Assembly (NCBI RefSeq): GCF_964194025.1
Contig: NC_134476.1
Span: forward strand, 16,926,001-16,990,000
Source: Convolutriloba macropyga
Taxonomy: Eukaryota
Length of the DNA stretch: 64,000 nucleotides
Direction of reading: 5' to 3'
Shown: piece by piece, positions 38,750-50,110 of the stretch
Numbering within the stretch: position 1 is the stretch's first letter
Layout of the letters: each line of letters starts with the position of its first letter
Translations under genes and position numbers: made by a program
The notes under the pieces: model-generated
Database searches by the model: none
The model's input: only the letters and a program-made list of their open reading frames with translations
Told to the model about the DNA's origin: nothing

Positions 38750-39013
38750 AAAAAGAAAGAAAAAAATCGAAGTCTCCCCCTTCGTTTGACCGGGAAGACA
38801 CTTGTGTCCCCCCTGTAGTGTTGACAGGAAGATACTTGTGTCCCCCCTCCTGTTGTGTTTACGGGAAGACACTTGTGTCCCCCCTGTATTTTGACCGGAA
38901 AGACACTTGTGTCTCCCTGTTGTGTTCACGTGAAGACATCTGTGCCCCCCCGTAGTGTTCACGGCAAGGCACTTATGCCCCACGTAGTTTGCCCAGAAAG
39001 ACACATCACTACC
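38750..39013 (-). repeat. Maverick right TIR with six ~33-bp subunits
   Basis: Repeated GAAGACACTTGTGTCCCCC units, ending CACATCACTACC. Confidence 0.9.
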
Positions 39014-39599
39014 ACTCGTTTTGATCATACTCAAGTGCGGTTGAAATGGTCTGAAAAGAGAAAGAGTTTACTTATGAACAAATCTCTTAATTTTGCTATA
39101 ATATATTCATTTCATAAAAACTGATGTTTGAAATGTTTAATTCATCTAAGCAACAGCCAATTATAGAAGTATTGCAAACGAAAACGAAACCCAACTGTTG
39201 AGAACAAATCTATTTAGTGTACCGTTTAATGTATAATTCTGACTCAATGGAGTTTAGACAGCTTTCCATAAGAAACATCGTGGTCTCCAGTTAATCAAAA
39301 TTACCTTATCAGCTGGACTCTCTTTTTCTGATCAGAGTTATCGGACTTCAGATGAGTCTCTGATCATAAAGCTGGCTCATTGTTGCCTCTTTGCAGAGCC
39401 AACATCTCTCAGAAAAAAAAAACAATAAAATGAAAAAATAAGGCGCTCGAAATGGTCCCTGATCAGACCCAATTGCGCTCAAAAACATTTCTGATCAGAC
39501 CCAATTGCGCTCCAACCTTATGGTCAGACTCAAGTCAGCCCAGTGTGCGCTCGATTGGGTCTGATCATAAAGCAGTTTGGGTCTGCACCTCAACCTGGG
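39014..39599 (+). mobile_element. right part of the CMC/EnSpm-like element interrupted by the Maverick
   Basis: Ends CACCTCAACCTGGG followed by AA, a 2-bp TSD matching the left end. Internal blocks are homologous to 57060-57520. Confidence 0.8.
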
Positions 39600-40165
39600 A
39601 ACTTTAGCAATTTGTAGTGTTGATAATTCGACCTGGGTAAGTAGTCAATCTTGCGTTCTATTGCGTTTCAACTCCTAGGAGTGACGATACAATTTTGACG
39701 TTCTCGGGACATGTTAATTTTGATAGAGTACCGTGCTATGAAGCAACTGTTAATTGGCACGTGAGCATCATCAAAAACACTCAAGGATCAAAAAGAGTAG
39801 ATGTCAATTTGCTTTGATCGCAGATTAGAGGCTTTTGAATCTATGGCATGGAAATTGGTCTGGGCTAAGTCTTAAATAATCTATTTTCGGTATAGAAGGT
39901 ATGATATGATCAGAATATGCACGAGTGCAAATGAAGCTGATCAGATTTTCTTTTGCCGTTCTTGGTTGTCTGATGAACCTCTGTTCACATGCCGGTCTTC
40001 TGGCCAGAGGACTACATGTTCGCCTGGAGCTCAACGCTCGTAGCGAGAAAAGAGACAATTTTTATGAATGCTGGCGGAAATGAACAAGAAAACTTTACCC
40101 TCAAATTAGTTGCTTAGCTATTACTTTTCAAAGCATTTTTTTTAAATCATTTGAACTTTTTGACA

Positions 40166-40870
40166 GGATTTTTCCAACAATTGCCTTCCATTTGGTATCT
40201 ATTAGAGAACCACCCCCCCCCCCCCCCCCACAGTAAAACAAGACGAAAGAAGAAGAAATAAAACCAGGCGAAGCGATGTCTTCACATAATTTTTTTGGAA
40301 GAACCAATGACTAATATTTCGATGCCAGGCCTCATTTTTTCTTGTATGCTTTCTTGACACACAAGTAAGACTCGATATTTTGTGTGTGAACTCCAGTAAC
40401 TTGCTTGACGGGGATAAGGGAATGGTCGAGAGTACTGTGTTGGTACCTCAACGCTTTAGAGAACTTTGTGCCCTCCATCTGAATGATTTATAGATTTTCG
40501 ATCAACAACTGCCTGAATAATTGGAAGCAGAGTTTTCTAGTCTCTTTTCCCGTCAATTTTCATGTCTCCAACAATGGGTTGGTAACTAGTATATACAATG
40601 CAGAAATGTTAATTTGGATGCTCGGGAGCTCTTCCTCGATGATGTTTGGGTTTGAGCTACAACAATTTTTTGTTAATTTGAACAGCAACTCTGGGTCCAG
40701 CAAGATTAAATTTTTTTTGAAATATCTGTCAAAATTTTGCCGAAGTCATGCAAAAGCATTGGTAATGAATTGCTTGCTCACTCCTGTACGGGCGAGAGCC
40801 GGGTGAATCGATGTTTGAATAGACCACAAGTGAATCAATTGACCCACATTTGGGAGAGGTAAAACGCTAT
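40166..40870 (-). mobile_element. decayed Merlin (IS1595/ISXO2-like) transposon with transposase remnant
   Basis: Minus strand reads GPRVAVQIN, KPKHHRGRAP, KTLLPIIQ, INHSD, HSTLDHS, TGVHTQNIESY. Terminus GGATTTTTCCAACAATTGCC at 40166. Confidence 0.85.
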
Positions 40871-41646
40871 TTGACAAAAATCAGCTGATCCAACATGAAA
40901 CGGTCTATTTATCATTTTTGAAATTGTATTTTTGTATTTAATTTTTAGTTTTCTTATGTTTAGTTCACAGTAAATCACGCTCACATTGAATAAATTAAAA
41001 GTCAACTTATGTAAGGCCCAATATTTTCAATTTCAAATTACACAGCTCATTTTTATCTGAACAAAGAGCATTTTCCTCTGCGGAGTTCATTATTCAATTA
41101 CAGTACTCTCAGTGTTAGCTGTAAAATTAATTGAGCCAAGTTAATTCTTGAATGTTATTGGTTTTATCATTTCTCAAGATTAATTGATTCAGGCCATTAT
41201 GTGTTAGCTGAATTGCATTCAGTAATTGCATCTCTTTTGCCAAAGGGTGCCAGACATTAGATCGATAACAGTAGATCGAAAGCCAAAATTGGGACTATAG
41301 ATCAAAAATAAATTAACTCACGTTGCTTTTTGGCCAATCATTTTAAAGCTCTTATTTGTTATGCAACGGGAAACGTGCCCTGTTGTGAAATTTTATACGG
41401 TTGTAATAGATTCGGATGTCAAGTCCAACGGGCCGCTAAGGAAATCCATGACTTGCTTTTAAAACTTATTTTCAGCCAATGAGAATAGAGATCTATTGTC
41501 CCCATTTTTCTAACTATAGTCCTTTCGATCTATTTTCAGTCAATTTGCTAAAGTGGCAGGGTGAGATTGTTGAAGAGATCTATCTGACGGTGCTTTGAGA
41601 TTTTCTTACAAAGAAATTTTTAAAAGACTTTAAATTTTTTGAACCA

Positions 41647-42614
41647 CAATCTAAAAAGATGCAGGCAAATTTGCCTGAATATTGTGCAGGTAAGGCCAAG
41701 TGCAAGCAAAATTTGCCTGCACAATTTTCCTCAAAGTTTCTTACCTGCGCACAATTCAGGTAAACTTTTTGCTTTCCTTTAAATGAAGAATTTGAACCAA
41801 AGCATCTAGAAAACCTGCATTATGACATATCTAGTTTCTAAAGAATGTTTTATAAGGAAAAAAAGTTCCCATGATTTTTCCATATGATTTTTTTCCTGCT
41901 AAAAAGAAATGAATTAATTAAAATTTCAATTTTGATTATTAAACTTTTTCTTGAAGTACCTTAATGTGAGGTTAAATTAACTGCAAATTATGCTAAAATG
42001 CGTAGGTAAATTTTTCTAACTTATGACCTGGTCAGATAAATTGCAGGTAGTTTGTACAAGAGAACTGCCTGAATTTTTCTGGTTACTTTACCAGAAATTG
42101 GGATCTTTTCAACAATTTCTCTCCCCCTTTGCAAAAGGGGGCCTATTCTTGAATAGAATTTAGGCGAGCGACTTATTAACCAATCAGAGACGACTAAACT
42201 TTCCGTGTATGCTCATACTGTATTAGACTGTATAGAATAAAATGCACCATGCTAGGGCAATTAGCCGAGTTGGAATACAAAGCGAAAAGATACCGCCGCG
42301 ATAACCGACCCGCGATTTCCGGATTACATCCCACAGCGCGTGAGAGGCATGGCCGTGAACAGCGGTCCGCAATTGCGCTTAAACTGATATTCGGCTATCT
42401 AAACTGTAGGCCAAGTAATGTTTATGGTAAAGTATAGCACAGAAGGGGTGGCGATTCTCTACTAGGTACCAAAGGGGGGGGGGGGGCAATTGTTGAAAAG
42501 ATCCAGAAATTGCACGTACTTGCAGGTAGCAGGCACGAACTCCGAAACACGTGCACAGTTCAGCTAAATTTACCTGAATTATTAGGTAATTTTACCTGCT
42601 TAATTTTTAGAGTG
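41647..42614. mobile_element. CMC/EnSpm-like non-autonomous element (CACTCTAAAAA-type ends)
   Basis: CAATCTAAAAA..GCAGG / CCTGC..TTTTTAGAGTG with CA on both flanks and GCAGGTAAA/TTTACCTG subterminal repeats. Confidence 0.7.
42101..42504. mobile_element. Merlin-type MITE nested in the CMC element
   Basis: TIR GGATCTTTTCAACAATT / AATTGTTGAAAAGATCC with a perfect 8-bp TSD AGAAATTG. Confidence 0.9.
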
Positions 42615-43017
42615 CATGGAGTCTTCGAGTTGGTGTTATTCACGTAGCCAATGTTTCAAAAAAACGGATGCCTGAAAGCGTCTTTTGGTGACGACACGCC
42701 ATAAAAAGCTCTTATATTTTTATACATATTCAATGAGGTAACGCCAAATGTAGCATATCTTGTTACGTAACAGAGTATTTTGCTCCGAAAATAGATTGAC
42801 GTTATTTCTTTACTTGCATAGTAATTCAGTATTTGCTCCGCAGTAGAGCAAAATTTGTGGTGTAATTAGACTTGTTCGTACGTCTGACAAGGAGTTATTG
42901 TTGAGGTAAATTTGTCCTTTTCTGTAATGCGGTTTAACTTTACCGTGCTAAATACGATAAATGTTATTTTATAGAATATTTAGGCAGAGAGTTATTCAAC
43001 TACAAAGATTTCAACTA

Positions 43018-46000
43018 ATGATGGCTACAGCAAATTGTGAAACGGAAGATTTGACGAAATTTAATCCACCAATTAGCCCGAATTGTGAAGTGTTTTCGGC
43101 TGAGTGGGACGCGATGGGTGTTTTCTTCTACCAGGCATACAATGACCAGATAGCCGACTATGCAGTTGAACATCAGACGTTGGGAGGAGAGCAATATAAA
43201 ACAGGTACATGTCACAAATAGCCGATGTACCTTTCGCACAAAAAGGGTTAGATAAAAAAATGAATGTTGTAGCTTTTTGGTACATCATGATCCCTAAAAT
43301 GATTATATCTGTACTCCAAAACCTGTCGAAAAAGGCAAACTATTTTTGCGGGGTAAGTTAACAATTGTAAGCATTTTTTGCTCAAAACATTTGCTCTTTC
43401 GAGACGAGAACAAACGTTCACAAAAACAAACGTTTGCAAATGGTAGCCGGACAGTTGTCTTGTTGTCTCAAATAGCAAACAAATTTTGAGCTACAGAATT
43501 TGTCTACCATTGTTAACTAGGTAACTGGAATACATCCATTGAAATTCTTACACAGAAACGAACAAATTCCGTTACCTGGTTCGGACCTCTTATAAGAGGT
43601 CCGAACCAGGTAACAAAATTTGTTCGTTTCTGTGTAAGAATTTCAATGGATGTATTCCAGTTACCTAGTTAACAATGGTAGACAAATCCTCCTATTACAG
43701 CCAATTCTTCTTCCACTGCACAACCTTTAATTTCTTTCTTATTTTTCTCTTATGAATTTAAATAAGATTTACTCAACTTTATACGCAAAATATATGGGTT
43801 GAGTATTTTGTAATATTAGCGATTTCTAGCAGTGCATTTTGTTTCACCGCTTAAGCCGTGAAGAAGAACGTTTCACCGCTCCCAACTGAAAGCCTTGAAT
43901 GTAAAAATTTCATTGTTTCAAAACACAAATATCGAGAAAATTTACGGCAACAAGATTTGCTGCATTTTTAACCGTTGAATTCACGTAAGATGTGCGGGTT
44001 TTAGTGGTAGCAGCTAACACCATCAGACAAATGGGACAATCCAGACAGAAGCGATACCGAAATAGAAATGAACAAGACCACGGCAAAAAAAGGACGCAAA
44101 CGACAGGCGAATCAGTGATCCGCAGAGCAAATTGCGTCTTGTTAGGCTTGAGGGACAGGGCAGACCAACACCAAGGACGGGAGAATTGGTGCAGCTAAAG
44201 CTCGCCAAAAAATACCGGCACGCAAAATATCCAAGAAAGACCTTCAAGGACTATGACCTTCGAAGTGTTGGAGCCCGGGAAAACAGTCCTAAAAGAAGCT
44301 GACTACACCTTCATCGTCAAAAAAAAACCAGGTAAATGTACATGCACGGTGACAAAGGGTAAAATAACGAAACACGCCTCACATCTTTGACGCAAAATGA
44401 AAAAGGTACAAAAACTTTACCCACAGTAGACAACCAGATGATATTAGTGGGATCTCATCGGTGAAATCAATTGCTCTCACGCGCCCTAACAGTTCCTATG
44501 CCGGCAAAATGACTTCGTTCCCACCGACTTTGCCATCCAAAAATACAAAGGCCCACAAAAACCCGATATCCACGACTTCCATCATTCCAGTAGATTCAAC
44601 AAGCGGCAAGCGTTTAAGACAAGAGCCTGCGACCGACAAATCCACTGTCTTATGCCCTTCCCAAATAGCAGTCCCGAATAAAAAGCGAGCCGACAAGCAT
44701 CAAACTGTTACCATAGCGCAGTGCAGCACATATGCGTATGAGCCTGTTGCCTCTGGTTCATCAATCGTCATAAGAATACAGTCAATCACGGAGCGGAACC
44801 GGCCCTGGGAAGTCATTTTAACGTCGCTGTAATCACGCCCCAAATAACTCGGGTAGAGCAGCCGTTCATCTCGTTGAACATACCGCCCTCGAAGCGGAAA
44901 TGCAATCCGATTCAGATAACTTGTAAAATAGTCAAAACTCGTAGAACAATTAACACTTACAATACTAGTAGCTAACCAGCACATATTTGTTTATTTTTCT
45001 GTCAGTATTCCAACTTCTTAACAAAAACTCACCAAAGTTTTCCGTGAGCAAAGATTTTCGTTTGTAACGGGGGATATGTGGTACACAGGTACCATTGTAC
45101 CACTAATTTTGATTATTCGGTCACTATTTTATCCTTTTTTTACATATCTCCATTTATAGCTGTAGTTCAATTTGCCTCTACTCATAATTAGTTTATATCT
45201 GTGGTTTTCATTTTGATTACTTATTCATTTTTTATGATTTCTGCTTTTAGATTTGCGGTTCATGCTCTTGTTCATTCCCCGTTGTAAACATATATATCTG
45301 TTCATAACCTTGTTGTCTGCTGCCAAGTTACTCGGTCAGCCCAGAACTCTTCTTGTAACAAGTTGTAACTCATTTTTTCAAAAAATATTTTCTATTTACT
45401 AAGTGACTACAGCTTTCCAACAATTTAGCCTATTCGCCCCGCGATGAGCAGTAATCCTACATCCGAGAATCTCCGCGACTCAGCACAGTGAAAATTTAGT
45501 ATTTGCAATTCAAATAGGTCTGGTTTGGTTTGCAATTCAGCTCTCCATCCTAAAAACAGTGATTCGCACCGCAAATTATTAAAATTCTCTTTCGTATAAA
45601 AAATGTGTACGACAGTAGACGTTTTATTTTTAATGCTTTCACGGCATTGAGCATTCTTGTTTAATATATTGGAATTAAAACAAACAGAACAGAACAATTT
45701 TTAAACCTCTATTTTCTTCCACAAAGGTCTACCGATTTTATAATTCCAAAGTATTCTGAAAGTTAAGGCAAAAAAGTAAAGAGTAAGGTATCTCGACAAG
45801 AAACAGTTAATTGACAACAAACTATACAATGAGAAGAAATGATCTTTTTTGAATGAAGGGTCCCAAAGTTCTATAATTCCTGAATGTTTGAGTTTAATTT
45901 AGAACTTTACTGAAGAGATAAGCAGATAAGTAGCGGAACTTCTAAAATCAGCAAAATAGAAAAAAACATCGCAAGGTCAATTTTTTTCTCAGCATGAGGG

Positions 46001-49000
46001 AGATGTCCTATCATTGGTTTTTCAAAGACATTAACATTTTGAAATGTCAATGAATTTAGCTTGTGTAATGTATAGTAGCTGCAGCCGAATAAATTTTGTG
46101 CTAGTGGCATTTTTCAGATTTTTCAGTTTGTTTGTCTGATAAACCAATATGTCCAATTAATGTATAGGTTCAGTGTTTCCCACATTTAGTTTGCCGATGC
46201 GATTAGTTGAAGTTGTTTTTCATTATTGATTGGCTCATCAATCAAAAAAATCCCATATGAGTCTTTCGTTTTTTTTGCATCACTTCTAGCTCGCTCTAGA
46301 TTAGTCTTCAAACGCTTTGAACTGCTTCGGTTTGTGTTAATTGAAAGGCGAAAAATTACCATTATTTAGGATGTAAAAAAATTTTACTTTAGACAGATTA
46401 AGATTAATACTTATCGGTGTTGAAATAAAATCAAATCGTGCACGTTTTTTCAATACGTCCGAAAATATGAATTTGGCTATACATGATAATATGAAATTTT
46501 CTCGATTCGAATAATTAGAGCAGTGAAAAAGTTACAAAAAGGGTGCTTCTGTAAACGAGTTACGTAAAAGCGATTAATTGCCTAAGAGCGCCTACTATGT
46601 TATTTTCAAACGCGTTTATAAGCGAATATTTTGGGTTATTTTACGAAAAGTAGTCACAATTGCCAGATCACTGCATTAAGTCACGGCGAGTTGGAAAAAA
46701 GTTGGTTGAGCCATGGTGCAAAAAGTGTCCAATCGCTCAGAAAATTTTTTGTCGATGATCAACTTTAGATATTGGCCATCTAAAACAGAATAGACTTGTT
46801 GAGATTTATAGAGATGCAGAAAATTGAGTTACCCGGATCGAGATTTTGTCAAAAAATAATGTAAGATTAGCGGTGAATAGCGGGGAAAAACCTTTATTCA
46901 CCGCAAAGCGCCCGCATCTTTTGGCGTTGAATGCGCTGAAAGGTGTGAATTTTTGTAAGAATTGCGTTAAATTTTGCGGTGAAATTTTTTTTTTTCACCG
47001 CATTCACCGGAATTCTTACAAAAAAGAAACTGCCGTAAAAGGGTGCGAACCTCTAACTCATGCGTGTCACCAACTTCGTAATCCACTGCGCCATCTGTCA
47101 CTAACTTCACTGATATTTCCTGTGAATATAAGATAAGCGTTGAAATTAGCGCGGTGAATATTTGTAAGATTTGCAATTTTAGCGGTGAAAATTTTTTTTC
47201 ACCGCATTCTGCTGTTAGCGATGAAAGTTTTTTTTCACCACATTCTGCTGGTAGCGGTGATTATTTTTTTACCGCATCCTGCTTGTAGCGGTGAAAAGTT
47301 TTCTTTCACCGCTTAAGCGCTGAAAACAAAAATTTCACCGCTTAAAAATTTCTTTTCACCGCATTCATCGCATTGAACGCAAATCTTACACTTTTACTCA
47401 AATTCACCGCAAATCTTACATCTTTTAGCGATTTTTAACGGTGACACCTCAACCCGGGTATGATTCGCTGGTAATCAGGTTAATATACCACGTGATTACC
47501 CTTGTAATTAAAAATTTACAAATTTGCAAGAATCTTTCAAGCTATCTTGCAAGAGAATACATAATTCTTGCAAGATTCTATGCCAAGATTTAATACAAAA
47601 AAATTATAAAATATCACTTCAGTTTTTAGTTACGCACAGCAAATAAATCATTGCATGTTTATATTTTGTTTTCAAGATTTTAAAATTTTATTAAAAATTT
47701 ACCTACCTTGATTTTCCTGAAAAGTAAAAGTTGTTCATCAGTTGGTTTATGTTTCAATATTGTTTGGAACCTTGATTTTGACAGCGTTTAGCAGAAAAAT
47801 TGACACAGATTCTGTCGCTTCGCTAGCATCATGCACTGATCTTCGTTTGAGAAGTGGCTAAGATTAGATAATGATATTATGATTTACAACCTCAGCAAAC
47901 TTTTAACATGAAATTAAGTGACTGTGTGTGACTTTGTTGTTAGTAACAACCAATTTCAACAACATTAGTTCATTGTTTTTTTTTTTAAATAAACGTCCTT
48001 TTCTTTGTCAGTCACAAAGTTATCATCTAAGGCTTTTTTTAGTTTAGTTTGACTTGTTTATTATCTAGATCAAAGAGAACAGGCGTGATTTTGTATCGTT
48101 TCAATTTTTTTGTCAATTTGATGATAATCTTTTTTTTTATTTTTGCCCAGCCAGTTTGAGTTGATATCCCAGGTGTTGATTTGATCGCTTTTTCTGCTTT
48201 CCTTTTCTTCAAAGCATGAGTTTATTGCAAAAAAGCCTGTCTGGATCAAATAAATGTGACCAAAGAAAGTTGCCTTAATAATAGTTGCGTGCGACCCAAT
48301 TCTCGTGTAATGATTAATCTCCAAATCAGTGTTACAGCAATTTACGCCCACACAAAACTGATCTACTTTTTAAAAATCCCCGGATCTATTCTGTTTCGGC
48401 CCCCAGTGTTTTTTATGACCCCCAGTTACAAATTATATGTTGTTATATAGCGCGTTACTATGTAAGAAATTAGCACGTGCGCCTGGGGGTCATAAAAAAT
48501 GTATGCTCACTAAGCTTTTGCGAAACAGAATAGATCCAAATTCCCCGAATAACTTTTCAAGAATTCTTCAATATCTCACTCTCTCTTACATCATTTGATC
48601 CCATTGACGATTAAACCCCACATTACTCCATAAAAAAAATCAAACATAACCGATGGAAAAAGTCGGCATATCGGGGGTGAGTTAGATAAAAGAATACGTT
48701 TTTTTTGTGTTATTTATGTATTTGGTTTTTAAACGGAGGAAATCGTCGGCATGTTCGATTTCAAACGACATGAGATCGTGAGAAAGTGACCAATGTATTT
48801 GTTTCTATGATCAAATTGAATCTCAGTAAATGTGAATTGAATTAATCAATTGAATTCCCGTCAAAGTTCATGGCTGACTTACCGAAGATTTCGTACACTT
48901 CGAACCGAACATCAGGACGTTTCTTACCGTTTTTGAAAATAAAAATACTGCGATGCTTTTCCACGTTCTAAGACCGAACATGCTGGAAAAATCTCCTACG

Positions 49001-50110
49001 TATAAAAGCGATGGTGCCGATGAAACCGTACTTAAGTGAAGTTTGAAACAAAAATACCGAAGACTTGTGACAAATCTTCGGGTCAAGCGTAGAATCAGTA
49101 AATTGAGTAGACTTATTAAAAACAAGAGCTTATCTTTATCAATTATACAAGAAAATTACGCATCTTAACAAAGGTGCATTGAATGTTCGGACAGCGAACA
49201 ATATTTAGCGTTGCCTATAAACGATTTATCAACTGTTTTGTGTACTTTTCGTTCTGAGTGTGGACAATTTTAGAATGAGAAAATAAATGGACAACCCAGG
49301 CTGAGGCCGTGGGCCAAAATATGTCCAGGCCAAGCATTAACGCACAAGAAGGGGGGACCTGGAAACATCGAAAACGCTCAAAAGTCTGGACATAGGTTTT
49401 TTCTGCATAGGACGACTGGTGTAAAAATACCGAATTTTCGTCTCTTGCACTACAATGGGAAGGTAATGAGAAAAAGTTTGGAATTGGAATGACAAAGTCA
49501 GATTTAAAGTGAAGCAGTTTTTAATTTACATTTTAGAGCGAATGACGTGGATAAAACCGAGTTTTGCGTGGGTGCTGTACCGATCTGGCTACGGACGGAA
49601 ACACAACCAGACTAGAGTGCTCAAAATCAAACTGTCACATCAAAGTGTCGCATCTTTGTTAAGGTCTGTTTTACCATTCAGTTATAAAATATTAATGAGA
49701 GCCCTCTACTTGGAGTAAAAACTTTTGTAACCCATACACGTTTTAGTGAGTGTAAATGCAAGCACGGGGGAGGTGGGAGTTTAGGCCGGGTTCAGTGGGA
49801 CCCTGCACGTGACGTTCTCTCTTCAGAAGGGCGCGAACCCAGAAAGTTAACCAGAGGCAGAGCAATTCAAATCGGGCTTAAAGGCCGCCTGAACAAACTC
49901 TATGTTGACAGTATAATTTCAATTGAAGACGTTACTGAACTGAGCCATAGAGTGCAAAAAGCGCATTCTCAAAAAACGGAAGTAAAAGTTCGGGAAGAAA
50001 TGGAAAAATTAAAAGAAGATTTGCCCTTAGAAAGACCCTACTTGCCTCAATGCACACGAGAAACTCTCGTGGAGCTGAAAATTTTATCGGACGAATGTGG
50101 CAAAAAGTAA
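43018..50110 (+). CDS. DUF4291 domain protein, 3 coding exons (43018-43204, 49537-49663, 49747-50110), 225 aa
   Basis: FYQAYNDQIADYA, RMTWIKPSFAWVLYRSGYGRKHNQTRVL, RVQWDPARD, RAIQIGL, IISIEDVT, LPLERPY. Both introns are GT-AG with matching phases, and the joined CDS is 678 nt and open. Confidence 0.92.
43498..43687. repeat. 190-bp spacerless palindrome
   Basis: 95-bp arms centred on CTCTTA|TAAGAG (43592/43593), with only 2 mismatches. Confidence 0.97.
45077..45411 (+). repeat. possible LTR of a decayed retroelement (internal remnant ~43990-45070)
   Basis: TGTGGT..ACTACA termini preceded by a short purine run GGGGGA. The upstream kb is GC-richer with broken frames. Confidence 0.3.
46832..47458 (-). 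mobile_element. CMC/EnSpm-like non-autonomous element with GCGGTGAA repeats and tRNA-like core
   Basis: TA|CCCGGATCGAG ... CTCAACCCGGG|TA, homologous to 9810-10698. Confidence 0.85.
48382..48537. mobile_element. Merlin-type MITE
   Basis: TIR GGATCTATTCTGTTTCG / CGAAACAGAATAGATCC, with flanks AAATCCCC / AAATTCCC (7/8). Confidence 0.8.

Larger units (their letters stand above)
22379..39013 (-). mobile_element. Maverick/Polinton (adintovirus-like endogenous viral element), ~16.6 kb, decayed
   Basis: TIRs AGTAGTGATGTG.. / ..CACATCACTACC and a degenerate 6-bp TSD ACCGGT/ACTCGT. Carries pPolB, integrase, ATPase, protease, MCP and minor capsid remnants, all with stops or frameshifts. Confidence 0.95.

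Noticed and set aside
38635-39124. ORFs with repeated CPPVV/GGH peptides (also 22264-22452)
   Set aside because: These are translations of TIR repeat units.
43992-44984. integrase-like HQTNG motif and tRNA-Met PBS-like TGGTAGCAG
   Set aside because: The matches are too short, TGGTAGCAG also occurs at ~21388 and ~21555, and no other pol motifs were found.
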